Of a stretch of DNA of 64,000 bases, positions 41,753-50,463 are shown piece after piece. Positions within the stretch are counted from its first letter, which is position 1. Every line of letters begins with the position of its first letter. A program made the translations under genes and the position numbers. The stretch is from Steroidobacteraceae bacterium (GTDB lineage Bacteria > Pseudomonadota > Gammaproteobacteria > Steroidobacterales > Steroidobacteraceae): positions 7,810 to 71,809 of the forward strand of contig DASQGK010000098.1 in NCBI GenBank assembly GCA_035632655.1, given 5' to 3'. The notes under the pieces are model-generated. The model was not told the origin of the DNA, made no database searches, and was given only the letters and a program-made list of their open reading frames with translations.

Positions 41753-44518
41753 TCAGTGAGCCTCGTCCCAGTTGGCGCCCGTCCCGGCGTCCACTCTGAG
41801 CGGCACACTGAGTGTGGCGGCATCCACCATGCGCTCGCGCACCACCTGCGTGACTTCCTCGATCGCCTCGGCGCGCACTTCCAGCACCAGCTCGTCGTGC
41901 ACCTGCATGATGAGGTGCGCGGGAGAGTCGGCGCGGCTGCACCAGGCGTGCACGGCAATCATGGCGCGCTTGATGATGTCGGCCGCGGTTCCCTGCATGG
42001 GCGCATTGATGGCGCTGCGCTCGGCGTACTGCCGCAGCTGCGGGTTGCCGGAGCGGATGTCGGGCAGGTACAGGCGCCGCCCGAAGACCGTCTCGACGTA
42101 GCCCAGCTCACGCGCCCGAAGCCGCGTGTCGTCCATGAAGCGTCGCACTCCCGGGTAGCGCTGGAAGTAGCGCTCCACGTACTGATGCGCGGCGCTGCGC
42201 TCGATCCCCAGGTTGCGCGCCAGGCCGAAGGGCGACATGCCGTAGATCAGTCCGAAGTTGATCACCTTGGCGGTGCGCCGCTGATCGGAGGTCACGGCAT
42301 CGGGGCTGACGCCGAAAACCTCGGCGGCGGTCGCCTGATGTACGTCGCGATCGTCGGCGAACGCGGCCCGCAGGCTCTCGTCCCCCGAGAGGTGCGCCAT
42401 GATGCGCAGCTCGATCTGTGAGTAGTCCGCCGCCAGCAGCACGTAGCCGGCCGGCGCGACGAACGCCTGGCGGATGCGGCGGCCCTCGGCACGCCGGATC
42501 GGGATGTTCTGCAGGTTGGGATCGACCGAGGACAGCCTGCCGGTGGCGGCGACCGCCTGCGCATAGTTGGTATGGATGCGCCCGGTGCGCTCGTTCACCT
42601 GCTCGGGGAGCTTGTCGGTGTAGGTGGACTTGAGCTTGGCCAGCGCGCGGTAGTCGAGAACGATGCGCGGCAGCGGGTAGCTTTCGGCGAGCTCCTCGAG
42701 GACGTCCTCGGCGGTGGAGGGCTGGCCCGTCGGGGTCTTGCGCCGCACCGGCAGCTGCAGCCTCTCGAAGAGTATCTGCTGCAGTTGTCGCGGCGACTCG
42801 ATGTTGAACTCGTGGCCGGCCTCGCGGTGCGCGGCGAGCAGCAGCTCCTGCAACTGCCGTGCGAACTCGCGGCTCTGCGCGCGCAGCCGCTCGCGGTCGA
42901 CCAGCACGCCGCGATGCTCCATGGCGAGCAGCACCGGCAGGAGCGGCTGCTCGCATTCCTCGTAGAGGCGCGCCAGCGCCGGCAGCGATTCGAGCTGCGG
43001 CCACAGCGCCCGGTGCAGGCGCAGCGTCAGGTCCGCATCCTCCGCGGCGTACGCCCCGGCTTTCTCCACCGGCACCTGGTCGAAAGTCAGCTGCTTCGCG
43101 CCTTTGCCCGCCACGTCCTCGAAGGTGACCGCGGTGAGCCCGAGGTAGCGCCTGGCGTCCGAGTCCATGTCGTGGTTGGTCGCCACGCTGTTCCACACGT
43201 AGGACTCGAGCATGGTGTCGAAGCGCATGCCGGCGAGCGCGATGCCGGCGTTGAGCAGGACGTGCGCGTTGTACTTGAGGTTATGACCGACCTTGCCGCG
43301 TGCCGGATCCTCGAGCAGCGGCTTGAGCGCCGCGAGCACCCGCGCGCGGTCGAGCTGCTCGGGAGCGCCCGGATAGACATGTGCGAGCGGCACGTAGGCG
43401 GCGCTGCCGGGCTCGACCGCGAAGGAGACGCCGACGATCTCGGCGCGCATGTAATCGAGACTGGTCGTCTCGGTATCGAAAGAGAAGAGATCGGCCTGGC
43501 GCAGCGCTTCGAGCCAGGGCTCGAAGTCTTCCCAGCGCGTGATGGTCTGGTAGCGGCGCTCGATCGTCTGGGGCGCCGCGGCGCCTGCCGGCGCGGGAGG
43601 CGCCGCGGCTGCTGCCGCAGCTGCTGCCGCAGCGGCGGGCGGCGCGCCGGCCGGGGCTGCCTCGCTTCCCTCGAGGGCGCGCAGCAGCGCGCGCAGCTCG
43701 AAGCGTGTGTAGAGCTCGCGCAGGCGCTGACTATCGGGCGTGCCGGGCCTGAGCTCCGCGACCGACAGCGGCAGCTCGAGATCGGTATGGATGGTCGCGA
43801 GCCGCCGCGACAGCTCGAGGGTCTCGAGCCCGGCGCGCAGGTTCTCGCCCACCTTGCCCGGCACCTCCGCGACGTGCGCGATGAGATTGTCGAGGTTGCC
43901 GAACTGCTGCAGCAGCCGGGCGGCCGTCTTGGGTCCGACCTTGTCGATTCCCGGGATGTTGTCGATGCTGTCGCCGATGAGTGCCAGGTAGTCGACGATC
44001 TGCTCGGGGTAGACATCGAACTTCGATTTCACGCCGTCGCGGTCCAGCAGCGTGTTGCTCATGGTGTTGATGAGCGTGATCGAGCCGTCGACCAGCTGCG
44101 CCATGTCCTTGTCGCCCGTCGAGATCAGCACTCGCTGGCCGGCCCGGGCGGCGCGACACGCGAGGGTGCCGATGACGTCGTCGGCCTCGACGCCGGGCAC
44201 CCGCAGCAGCGGCAGGCCCTGCGCCTCGATGATCTGCAGAAGCGGCCCCACCTGTGCGCGCAGGTCGTCGGGCATCGCGGCTCGCTGCGCCTTGTACTCG
44301 GTGAACAGATCGTCGCGGAAGGTGCGGCCGGGGGCATCGAACACCACGCCGATGTGCTGCGGGTGAAAGTCCTTCATGAACTTCTGCAGCATGTTGAGCA
44401 CGCCGAGCAGCGCCCCCGTCGGCTCGCCGCGCGAGTTCGAGAGCGGCGGCAGCGCGTGGAACGCCCGGTAGACATAAGAGGAGGCGTCGACGAGGACCAG
44501 ATCGGGGGTGGGTGGCAT
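41753..44518 (-). CDS. polA: DNA polymerase I
   Basis: 921 aa from ATG 44518. 5'-nuclease LVLVDASSYVYRAFHA, 3'-5' exo FSFDTETTSLD, and polymerase motifs LLAADYSQIELRIMAH, RRTAKVINFGLIYG, QVHDELV. Confidence 0.97.
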   Translation of the reverse strand: MPPTPDLVLVDASSYVYRAFHALPPLSNSRGEPTGALLGVLNMLQKFMKDFHPQHIGVVFDAPGRTFRDDLFTEYKAQRAAMPDDLRAQVGPLLQIIEAQGLPLLRVPGVEADDVIGTLACRAARAGQRVLISTGDKDMAQLVDGSITLINTMSNTLLDRDGVKSKFDVYPEQIVDYLALIGDSIDNIPGIDKVGPKTAARLLQQFGNLDNLIAHVAEVPGKVGENLRAGLETLELSRRLATIHTDLELPLSVAELRPGTPDSQRLRELYTRFELRALLRALEGSEAAPAGAPPAAAAAAAAAAAAPPAPAGAAAPQTIERRYQTITRWEDFEPWLEALRQADLFSFDTETTSLDYMRAEIVGVSFAVEPGSAAYVPLAHVYPGAPEQLDRARVLAALKPLLEDPARGKVGHNLKYNAHVLLNAGIALAGMRFDTMLESYVWNSVATNHDMDSDARRYLGLTAVTFEDVAGKGAKQLTFDQVPVEKAGAYAAEDADLTLRLHRALWPQLESLPALARLYEECEQPLLPVLLAMEHRGVLVDRERLRAQSREFARQLQELLLAAHREAGHEFNIESPRQLQQILFERLQLPVRRKTPTGQPSTAEDVLEELAESYPLPRIVLDYRALAKLKSTYTDKLPEQVNERTGRIHTNYAQAVAATGRLSSVDPNLQNIPIRRAEGRRIRQAFVAPAGYVLLAADYSQIELRIMAHLSGDESLRAAFADDRDVHQATAAEVFGVSPDAVTSDQRRTAKVINFGLIYGMSPFGLARNLGIERSAAHQYVERYFQRYPGVRRFMDDTRLRARELGYVETVFGRRLYLPDIRSGNPQLRQYAERSAINAPMQGTAADIIKRAMIAVHAWCSRADSPAHLIMQVHDELVLEVRAEAIEEVTQVVRERMVDAATLSVPLRVDAGTGANWDEAH

Positions 44519-44623
44519 GAAGAGGTGCGATGCGCGGGGGGCCGCGAGTATAACGGACGGCGGCAGGCGTCCCGCCTCGTGGCCTTGCGTCAACCGCGGC
44601 CGGGTCTGGCGCGCTATGCACGC

Positions 44624-46003
44624 ATGCAGCAGCCCGGCTCCATCATTGCGGCCAATCGCTTCGGTCTCGGCGCCCGGCCGGGAGATCTCGCCGCCATCGG
44701 CGCCGATGGGCGGGACTGGCTGCGCTCGCAGCTCCCTGCCGCAGCGCCGGTGCTCGCCGATGCGGGCCTGAGCTCCTCGTCCGCGGTGCTCGGTGAGGCG
44801 TTCGCGCTGCAGCGCCAGATCCAGCGCGAGCGCCGTTCCGGAGCCGAGGTGCAGCAGAGGCTGCCGCAGTTTCTCAAGCCCGTCTACGTCACCGAGGCGA
44901 CCGCGCGCCTGCGCCAGGCGGTACTCACCGACCGGCCGTTCGTCGAGCGCCTGACGCAGTTCTGGAGCAATCACTTCGCGGTATCGGTCGACAAGCAATA
45001 CCTTGCCGGCCTTGCCGGGAGCTTCGAGCGCGAGGCCATCCGTCCGCACGTGCTCGGCAATTTCGCCGACCTGCTGGTCGCGGCCGAGATGCATCCCGCG
45101 ATGCTGCTCTATCTCGACAATCACCTGTCCGTCGGCCCGCACTCGGGCGCGGCTCGCAGGGCGGAATTCCGCCGCCGTCCCGCGAAGATCGGCATCAACG
45201 AGAACCTCGGGCGCGAGATCCTCGAGCTTCATACCCTGGGGGTGGGCGGCGGCTACACCCAGGCCGACGTCACTTCGTTCGCAACGGTGATCACCGGCTG
45301 GTCCGTGGGCGGCGGCAACGGGCTCTTTGCCACAGGTCCCCCCGGGCGTTTCGTGTTCCGTCCCGACACGCACGAGCCCGGACCCAAGACGGTGCTCGGA
45401 CGGCGTTATGCGGACAATGGTTACGAGCAGGGTGTCGGGGTGCTGAGCGATCTGGCTCAGCATCCGTCCACCGCGCGCCACATCGCGACGAAGCTCGCGC
45501 GGCATTTCATCGCGGACCAGCCGCCCGCCGCGGCGGTTGCCCGGCTCGCGCAGGCCTTCAGCGAGCACGGCGGCGATCTGCGCCCGGTGTACCGCGCGCT
45601 GCTCGATTCGCCCGAAGCCTGGGAGCAGCCGCAGGCGAAGTACAAGACGCCCAGCGACTTCATCGTCTCGAGCTACCGCGGCCTCTCTTTGCCGGTCGAC
45701 GCCGGGCACGGCCCGCTCGCCCCCTTCGAGCTCCTCGGACAACGTACCTGGCAGCCCGGCTCGCCGGCGGGCTGGCCCGACCGCAGCAGCGACTGGGACG
45801 GCGCCTCGGCGCTGCTGAAGCGCATCGAGTGGGCCGATGCCGTCGGCGCGCGCCTCGGCAGCCGGCGCGAGGCCGCCGCACTCGCCCCGCAGCTGCTCGG
45901 CGCCTCCCTGAGCGAGGCCACCAGCACCGCCATCAGCCGCGCCGCGAGCGCCTCGCAGGCGCTCACGCTGCTCATCGCCTCGCCCGAATTCCTGCGCCGC
46001 TAA
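44624..46003 (+). CDS. DUF1800 domain protein
   Basis: 459 aa from ATG 44624. FWSNHFAVS and NENLGREILELHTLGVGGGYTQADV are typical of DUF1800. The earlier 684 codons of the ORF are antisense to polA. Confidence 0.85.
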   Translation: MQQPGSIIAANRFGLGARPGDLAAIGADGRDWLRSQLPAAAPVLADAGLSSSSAVLGEAFALQRQIQRERRSGAEVQQRLPQFLKPVYVTEATARLRQAVLTDRPFVERLTQFWSNHFAVSVDKQYLAGLAGSFEREAIRPHVLGNFADLLVAAEMHPAMLLYLDNHLSVGPHSGAARRAEFRRRPAKIGINENLGREILELHTLGVGGGYTQADVTSFATVITGWSVGGGNGLFATGPPGRFVFRPDTHEPGPKTVLGRRYADNGYEQGVGVLSDLAQHPSTARHIATKLARHFIADQPPAAAVARLAQAFSEHGGDLRPVYRALLDSPEAWEQPQAKYKTPSDFIVSSYRGLSLPVDAGHGPLAPFELLGQRTWQPGSPAGWPDRSSDWDGASALLKRIEWADAVGARLGSRREAAALAPQLLGASLSEATSTAISRAASASQALTLLIASPEFLRR

Positions 46004-46126
46004 TATGAGGCTCGCATCGGACATCCTGTCACGATGCTCGCGGCGGCGCGCCAAGAGCGCGGTTTCGGCGCGCCGCTCGCCGCCTGCGGCGGCGGGCACA
46101 TCCCTGTGCCTGATTCGGAGATACGT

Positions 46127-47404
46127 ATGTCAGCCATGAGACGGCGCGACTTCCTCGGCAGCGGGGCGCTCGCCGCCGGCTTCCTCACCTCGCGGCTCTG
46201 TCTCGGGAGCGCGGCGCCGGCGACCCGGCGACGGGCGCGCTTCGTGCTGGTGATCCTGCGCGGCGCGCTCGACGGGCTCGCCGCCGTCCCCCCGCTCGGC
46301 GACCGCGACTACGCGCGGCTGCGCGGCGAGTTCGCGCTGCGAGCGCCGGGGCAGCCGCAGGCAGCGCTGCCGCTCGACGGCTTCTTCGGGCTGCATCCGT
46401 CGTTGCGCTTTCTGCACTCCTCCTACGGGGCCCGCGAGCTCGTCGTCTTCCACGCGGTTGCGAGTCCCTATCGCGAGCGCTCGCACTTCGACGGTCAGGA
46501 TGTGCTGGAGAATGGCACGACGCTTCCGCACGCGCTGCAGAGCGGCTGGCTGACCCGCGCGCTGGGCGCTGCGGCCGGCGCCGGACGCGAGGCCGGCGTC
46601 GCTCTCGGGCAGAACGTGCCACTCGTCATGCGCGGACCCGCGGAAGTGACCTCCTGGTCGCCCTCGAGACTCGCGGGCCTCGATGAGGACACGCTGGCGC
46701 GCGTCACCGACCTGTACGCGCGCGACCCGCTGCTGTCGGTGCGCCTCGCGGACGCTTTGGCGGCGGATGCCATGGTCGCGGAAAACAGCCGCCTGGACGC
46801 GATGGCACAGGAGATGGCTGCAGCGACGGACTCGGGTGCGGTGCTGCCCACGGCTGCGCCGGCGCCTAAGGCAGTCGCTGCCGGCGCCGACCGCTACGCC
46901 GAGATCGTGCGCGCCGCCGCCGGGTTTCTGCGCCGTGAGGATGGCCCGCAGGTTGCGGTATTCGACACCACCGGCTGGGACACGCACGCGAACGAAGGCG
47001 CGGCCGAAGGCCAGCTCGCCGCGCGCCTAGCCGGTCTCGACAAGGGACTCGCGACGCTGCGCGAGGAGCTCGGGTCCGCATGGCAGGACACCGCGGTGCT
47101 GCTGGTTACGGAGTTCGGCCGCACGGCTGCCATCAACGGGACACGCGGCACCGACCACGGGACCGCCACCATGGCTTTTCTGCTCGGCGGTGCGGTCGCG
47201 GGCGGGCGGGTCATCGCCGACTGGCCGGGCCTCGCCTCGCGCTCGCTCTATCAGGCGCGGGATCTCGCGCCGACGCTCGATCTGCGCTGCGTTCTGAAGG
47301 GCCTGCTGGACGAGCACCTGTCGGTGCCGGCGCGCGCGCTCGATGCGAGCGTCTTCCCCGGAAGCGAGGCTGCCCGACCGCTGACAGGCCTCATCAGGGC
47401 TTAA
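46127..47404 (+). CDS. DUF1501 domain protein with Tat signal (sulfatase-fold family)
   Basis: 425 aa. Twin-arginine signal MSAMRRRDFLGSGALAAG, and TEFGRTAAINGTRGTDHG is typical of DUF1501. GGAG RBS. Confidence 0.85.
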   Translation: MSAMRRRDFLGSGALAAGFLTSRLCLGSAAPATRRRARFVLVILRGALDGLAAVPPLGDRDYARLRGEFALRAPGQPQAALPLDGFFGLHPSLRFLHSSYGARELVVFHAVASPYRERSHFDGQDVLENGTTLPHALQSGWLTRALGAAAGAGREAGVALGQNVPLVMRGPAEVTSWSPSRLAGLDEDTLARVTDLYARDPLLSVRLADALAADAMVAENSRLDAMAQEMAAATDSGAVLPTAAPAPKAVAAGADRYAEIVRAAAGFLRREDGPQVAVFDTTGWDTHANEGAAEGQLAARLAGLDKGLATLREELGSAWQDTAVLLVTEFGRTAAINGTRGTDHGTATMAFLLGGAVAGGRVIADWPGLASRSLYQARDLAPTLDLRCVLKGLLDEHLSVPARALDASVFPGSEAARPLTGLIRA

Positions 47405-47592
47405 GGCTTCGGCGGCGAGCTCTGATCCGGGTCCTTGTCGTCGGGCTTTGGCTTCGCGGGACTCGTGGCGGCCGGCGGAGGTTTCACCACCACCGCCCCC
47501 TTGTCGGGGAGATACAGCGGTCCTTTCTGACCGCAGCCGGCGGCGAGCAGCACGACGGCCGCCGCGATCGAGGCCGCAGGCGACAGCTTCAC
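47401..47592 (-). CDS. LptM/YifL-like small lipoprotein
   Basis: 63 aa from GTG 47592 (GTGA overlap with the upstream stop). Lipobox LLAAGC followed by GQKGPLYLP, the YifL hallmark, then a Pro/Lys-rich tail. Confidence 0.6.
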   Translation of the reverse strand: MKLSPAASIAAAVVLLAAGCGQKGPLYLPDKGAVVVKPPPAATSPAKPKPDDKDPDQSSPPKP

Positions 47593-48008
47593 GGGATGTA
47601 CATCGCCCGCTTGTCGCGCAGTGCCAGCCAGCCGCGCGCGATGCGATAGATGATCCACACCGCGAGCGCCAGCGCACCGAGCAAGGCGAACGGAATGCCG
47701 ATGATCGTGATCACGGAGAACGCAATGGCGCACACCCAGAGCACCGCGTACCAGAAGGTGCGGATCTGCCAGCGGAAGTGGGACTCGAGGTAGGTGCCGC
47801 GGGTCGCGGAGCGGCGCGCATAGTTCATGATCACGGCGATGATGGAGGGCAGGCCGCCGACGAAGCTGAGAATCACGGTGTGAAAGGTGGTGAAGCCGAT
47901 CAGCACCGAGAGCGAGTGGAGCGCGTAGATGACGTTGGTGTAGGTGACCAGCGATTCATCGACGTGCGGCGGATCGCTGCTCATCGGCGGGGTGACGCTA
48001 TCTTGCAT
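47589..48008 (-). CDS. conserved integral membrane protein (COG3671-like)
   Basis: 139 aa with 3 predicted TM helices. The motif GTYLESHFRWQIRTFWY is recalled from the COG3671 family; the family assignment is tentative. Confidence 0.65.
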   Translation of the reverse strand: MQDSVTPPMSSDPPHVDESLVTYTNVIYALHSLSVLIGFTTFHTVILSFVGGLPSIIAVIMNYARRSATRGTYLESHFRWQIRTFWYAVLWVCAIAFSVITIIGIPFALLGALALAVWIIYRIARGWLALRDKRAMYIP

Positions 48009-48035
48009 GGGTGGCTCCTGGCACTCGGTGGCCGC

Positions 48036-48464
48036 TCACGCGGGCGCGCGCTCGACCACGGCCATCGTCAGCCGCGACACGCACACCAGCCGGTCCTGCT
48101 CGTCGCGAATCTCAATATGCCACACGTGACTCGACCTGCCGATATGGAACGGACGGGCGGTGGCGGTGACGAGGCCCGAGGTGACCTTGCGCAGGTGATT
48201 GGCATTGATGTCCTGACCAAGCACCAGGTACGGCGGATCGACGCACAGCGTGGCCGCCATGCTGCCGACCGTCTCCGCGAGCGCGACCGAGGCGCCGCCG
48301 TGGAGCACCCCGTAGGGCTGGTGGGTACGCTCGTTCACCGGCATGGTCGCCCGCAGGAAATCCGGGCCCACCTCGGTCACGCGGATGCCGAGGTGGCCGG
48401 CGAGCCCGCGGCTGCCGCGCTCGGTGAGCTGCTCGGGGGTAGCGGGGGTGCGCCAGATGCTCAT
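48036..48464 (-). CDS. PaaI/YbdB-type hotdog thioesterase
   Basis: 142 aa from ATG 48464. NERTHQPYGVLHGGASVALAETVGS is a typical 4HBT/PaaI motif. Confidence 0.85.
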   Translation of the reverse strand: MSIWRTPATPEQLTERGSRGLAGHLGIRVTEVGPDFLRATMPVNERTHQPYGVLHGGASVALAETVGSMAATLCVDPPYLVLGQDINANHLRKVTSGLVTATARPFHIGRSSHVWHIEIRDEQDRLVCVSRLTMAVVERAPA

Positions 48465-48543
48465 GGAAGTAGTATGAATTATCTGACTCGGCTTGGGACA
48501 TCCGGGACTGGCCTGACTGCTGCGGGGGTGGCAATCTCTCCCC

Positions 48544-49236
48544 ATGAGCGAGTTCGTCCTGCAGCCTCCGGGCACGCCGGCCGTCGCGGTCGAGGGCGGC
48601 GGGCGCTTCCCCGTGCATCGCATCTACTGCGTTGGCCTGAACTACGTCGACCACATCCGCGAGTTCGGCCGCGATCCCGCGGCCTCGCCTGCGGTGTTCT
48701 TCATGAAGCCCGCCGACGCGGTGGTCGCCAACGGCGTGGCCGTCCCCTATCCGCCCCGCACGGCCAACTTCCACTACGAGATCGAGCTGGTGGTGGCGAT
48801 CGGGCGCGGCGGCGCACGCATCGAGCCCGCCGCAGCGCTCGGCCACGTGTTCGGCTACGCCGCCGGTAATGACCTGACGCGGCGCGATCTGCAGAAGGCG
48901 GCCAAGGAGCGCGGCAACCCCTGGGATATCGCCAAGGGATTCGATCACTCGGCTCCGGTCGCCGCGATTCGCCCGGCGAGCCGCGGGCACCTGTCACGGG
49001 GGCGCATCTGGCTCACGGTCAACGGCGAGCGCCGGCAGGAGGCGGACCTGAGTCAGATGATCTTCGACGTCCCCCATCTCATCGCCGAGCTCTCGACGCT
49101 CTATACGCTGCAGCCGGGTGACCTGATCTTCACCGGCACGCCCTCGGGGGTGGGACCGTTGCAGCCCGGCGATGCCATCGAGGGCGGCATCGAGGGGCTC
49201 GAAGTGCTCACCAACACCATCGTCGCGCCACAATGA
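48544..49236 (+). CDS. fumarylacetoacetate hydrolase (FAH) family protein
   Basis: 230 aa. Motifs: IYCVGLNYVDHIRE, FFMKP, HYEIELVVAIG, DLIFTGTPSGVG. Confidence 0.88.
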   Translation: MSEFVLQPPGTPAVAVEGGGRFPVHRIYCVGLNYVDHIREFGRDPAASPAVFFMKPADAVVANGVAVPYPPRTANFHYEIELVVAIGRGGARIEPAAALGHVFGYAAGNDLTRRDLQKAAKERGNPWDIAKGFDHSAPVAAIRPASRGHLSRGRIWLTVNGERRQEADLSQMIFDVPHLIAELSTLYTLQPGDLIFTGTPSGVGPLQPGDAIEGGIEGLEVLTNTIVAPQ

Positions 49237-49880
49237 GGCTGTATCACTACTTCCGCAGCTCGGCTTCCTACCGGGTGCGCATTGCGCTGAGCCTGAAGCA
49301 GCTCCCCTACGAGTCCGTAACCATCGATGTGCGCCCGCCGGCAAGCGCGCAGCGCACGGCGGAGTACCTGGCCATCAACCCGCTGGGGCTCGTGCCCTCG
49401 CTGGTCGATGGAGCCAACGCGCTCACGCAATCGCTCGCCATCATCGAGTACCTGGACGAGACCCATCCGCAGCCGCCGCTGCTGCCGCGCGAGCCGGTGA
49501 GTCGTGCGCGGGTGCGCGCCCTGGCGCTCGCCATCGCCTGCGAGATGGCTCCGCTCAACAACTCCGGCGTCCTCGACTACCTCAGGGGCGGCCCGCTGCG
49601 AGCCGGCGAGGACGCAGTGAACGCCTGGTACGCAAAGTGGATCGCGCGCGGCTTCGACGCGCTCGAGAAGGAGGTGAGCACCACCAGCGGCGACGGCCGG
49701 CACATGTTCGGCAGCTCGGTGACGCTCGCCGACGTACTGCTGGTGCCGCAGATGTACAACGCGCGCCGTTACCACTGCGAGCTGCGCTCCTACCCGCAGC
49801 TGCAGGCGATCTCGGCGCATCTCGAGTCGCTTCCCGAGTTCGCGCGCGCCGCGCCTGCGGCGCAGCCGGGAGCACAGTAG
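49233..49880 (+). CDS. maiA: maleylacetoacetate/maleylpyruvate isomerase (GST zeta)
   Basis: 215 aa. ATGA overlap with the FAH gene. LYHYFRSSASYRVRIAL and VPSLVDG are typical zeta-class motifs. Confidence 0.9.
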   Translation: MRLYHYFRSSASYRVRIALSLKQLPYESVTIDVRPPASAQRTAEYLAINPLGLVPSLVDGANALTQSLAIIEYLDETHPQPPLLPREPVSRARVRALALAIACEMAPLNNSGVLDYLRGGPLRAGEDAVNAWYAKWIARGFDALEKEVSTTSGDGRHMFGSSVTLADVLLVPQMYNARRYHCELRSYPQLQAISAHLESLPEFARAAPAAQPGAQ

Positions 49881-49901
49881 CGGGACGCGGCCGGCTCGGC
49901 C

Positions 49902-50453
49902 TCAAGGCCGCCGCACGAACCCCACGTAGCCCGCGAGGAACTGCTTCAGCTGCTCCTCGACCCCTGCGTCTTTGAGGTTGCCCGCCTCGTCGAACACGGC
50001 TGCGGCGCGCGACACCTGCAGCCGACCGCCGGTCCAGAGCTGCGTGCCGAGCGTGCGCAGCACCGGCAGCCATGCGACCTGCGAGAGGATCGTGCCGAAG
50101 CCGCCGGGCGATGCTCCCATCACGGCGAAGGGCTTGCCGCCGAAGACGCGCCTGGCATCGGAGTTGGGACGCGACAGCCAGTCGATGGCGTTCTTGAAGA
50201 CTCCCGGGATGCTGTTGTTGTATTCGGGAGTGACCAGCAGCACGCCGGCCGCCGCGACCACGGCCTCCTTCAGCGCACTCACTGCGGGCGGGATGCCCTG
50301 CGCCTCGACGTCGCCGTCGTAGAGCGGAATGCCGCGGATGCTGGCCACTTCGAGCGTCGAGTCCGGCGGCATGAGACGGGTCGCCGCCCGCAGCAGCGCC
50401 GAGTTGTAGGAGGCACGGCGCAGGCTCCCGGAGATACCGAGCAGTTTGACCAT
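49902..50453 (-). CDS. NADPH-dependent FMN reductase family protein
   Basis: 183 aa from ATG 50453. Motifs: LLGISGSLRRASYNSALL, LVTPEYNNSIPGVFKNAIDWLSRP. Confidence 0.88.
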   Translation of the reverse strand: MVKLLGISGSLRRASYNSALLRAATRLMPPDSTLEVASIRGIPLYDGDVEAQGIPPAVSALKEAVVAAAGVLLVTPEYNNSIPGVFKNAIDWLSRPNSDARRVFGGKPFAVMGASPGGFGTILSQVAWLPVLRTLGTQLWTGGRLQVSRAAAVFDEAGNLKDAGVEEQLKQFLAGYVGFVRRP

Positions 50454-50463
50454 CGCGCCTCCC

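Noticed and set aside
43555-43660. The Ala-run (AAAAAAAAAAAPPAPAGAAAP) and GCTGCTGCCGCA repeats inside polA.
   Set aside because: They lie in the linker between the 5'-nuclease and 3'-5' exonuclease domains, where low-complexity insertions are tolerated. The frame is intact on both sides.
42572-44623. The first 684 codons of the 1143-aa + strand ORF.
   Set aside because: This part is antisense to polA and has junk composition. Only the part from ATG 44624 shows DUF1800 motifs, and it begins just past the polA start.
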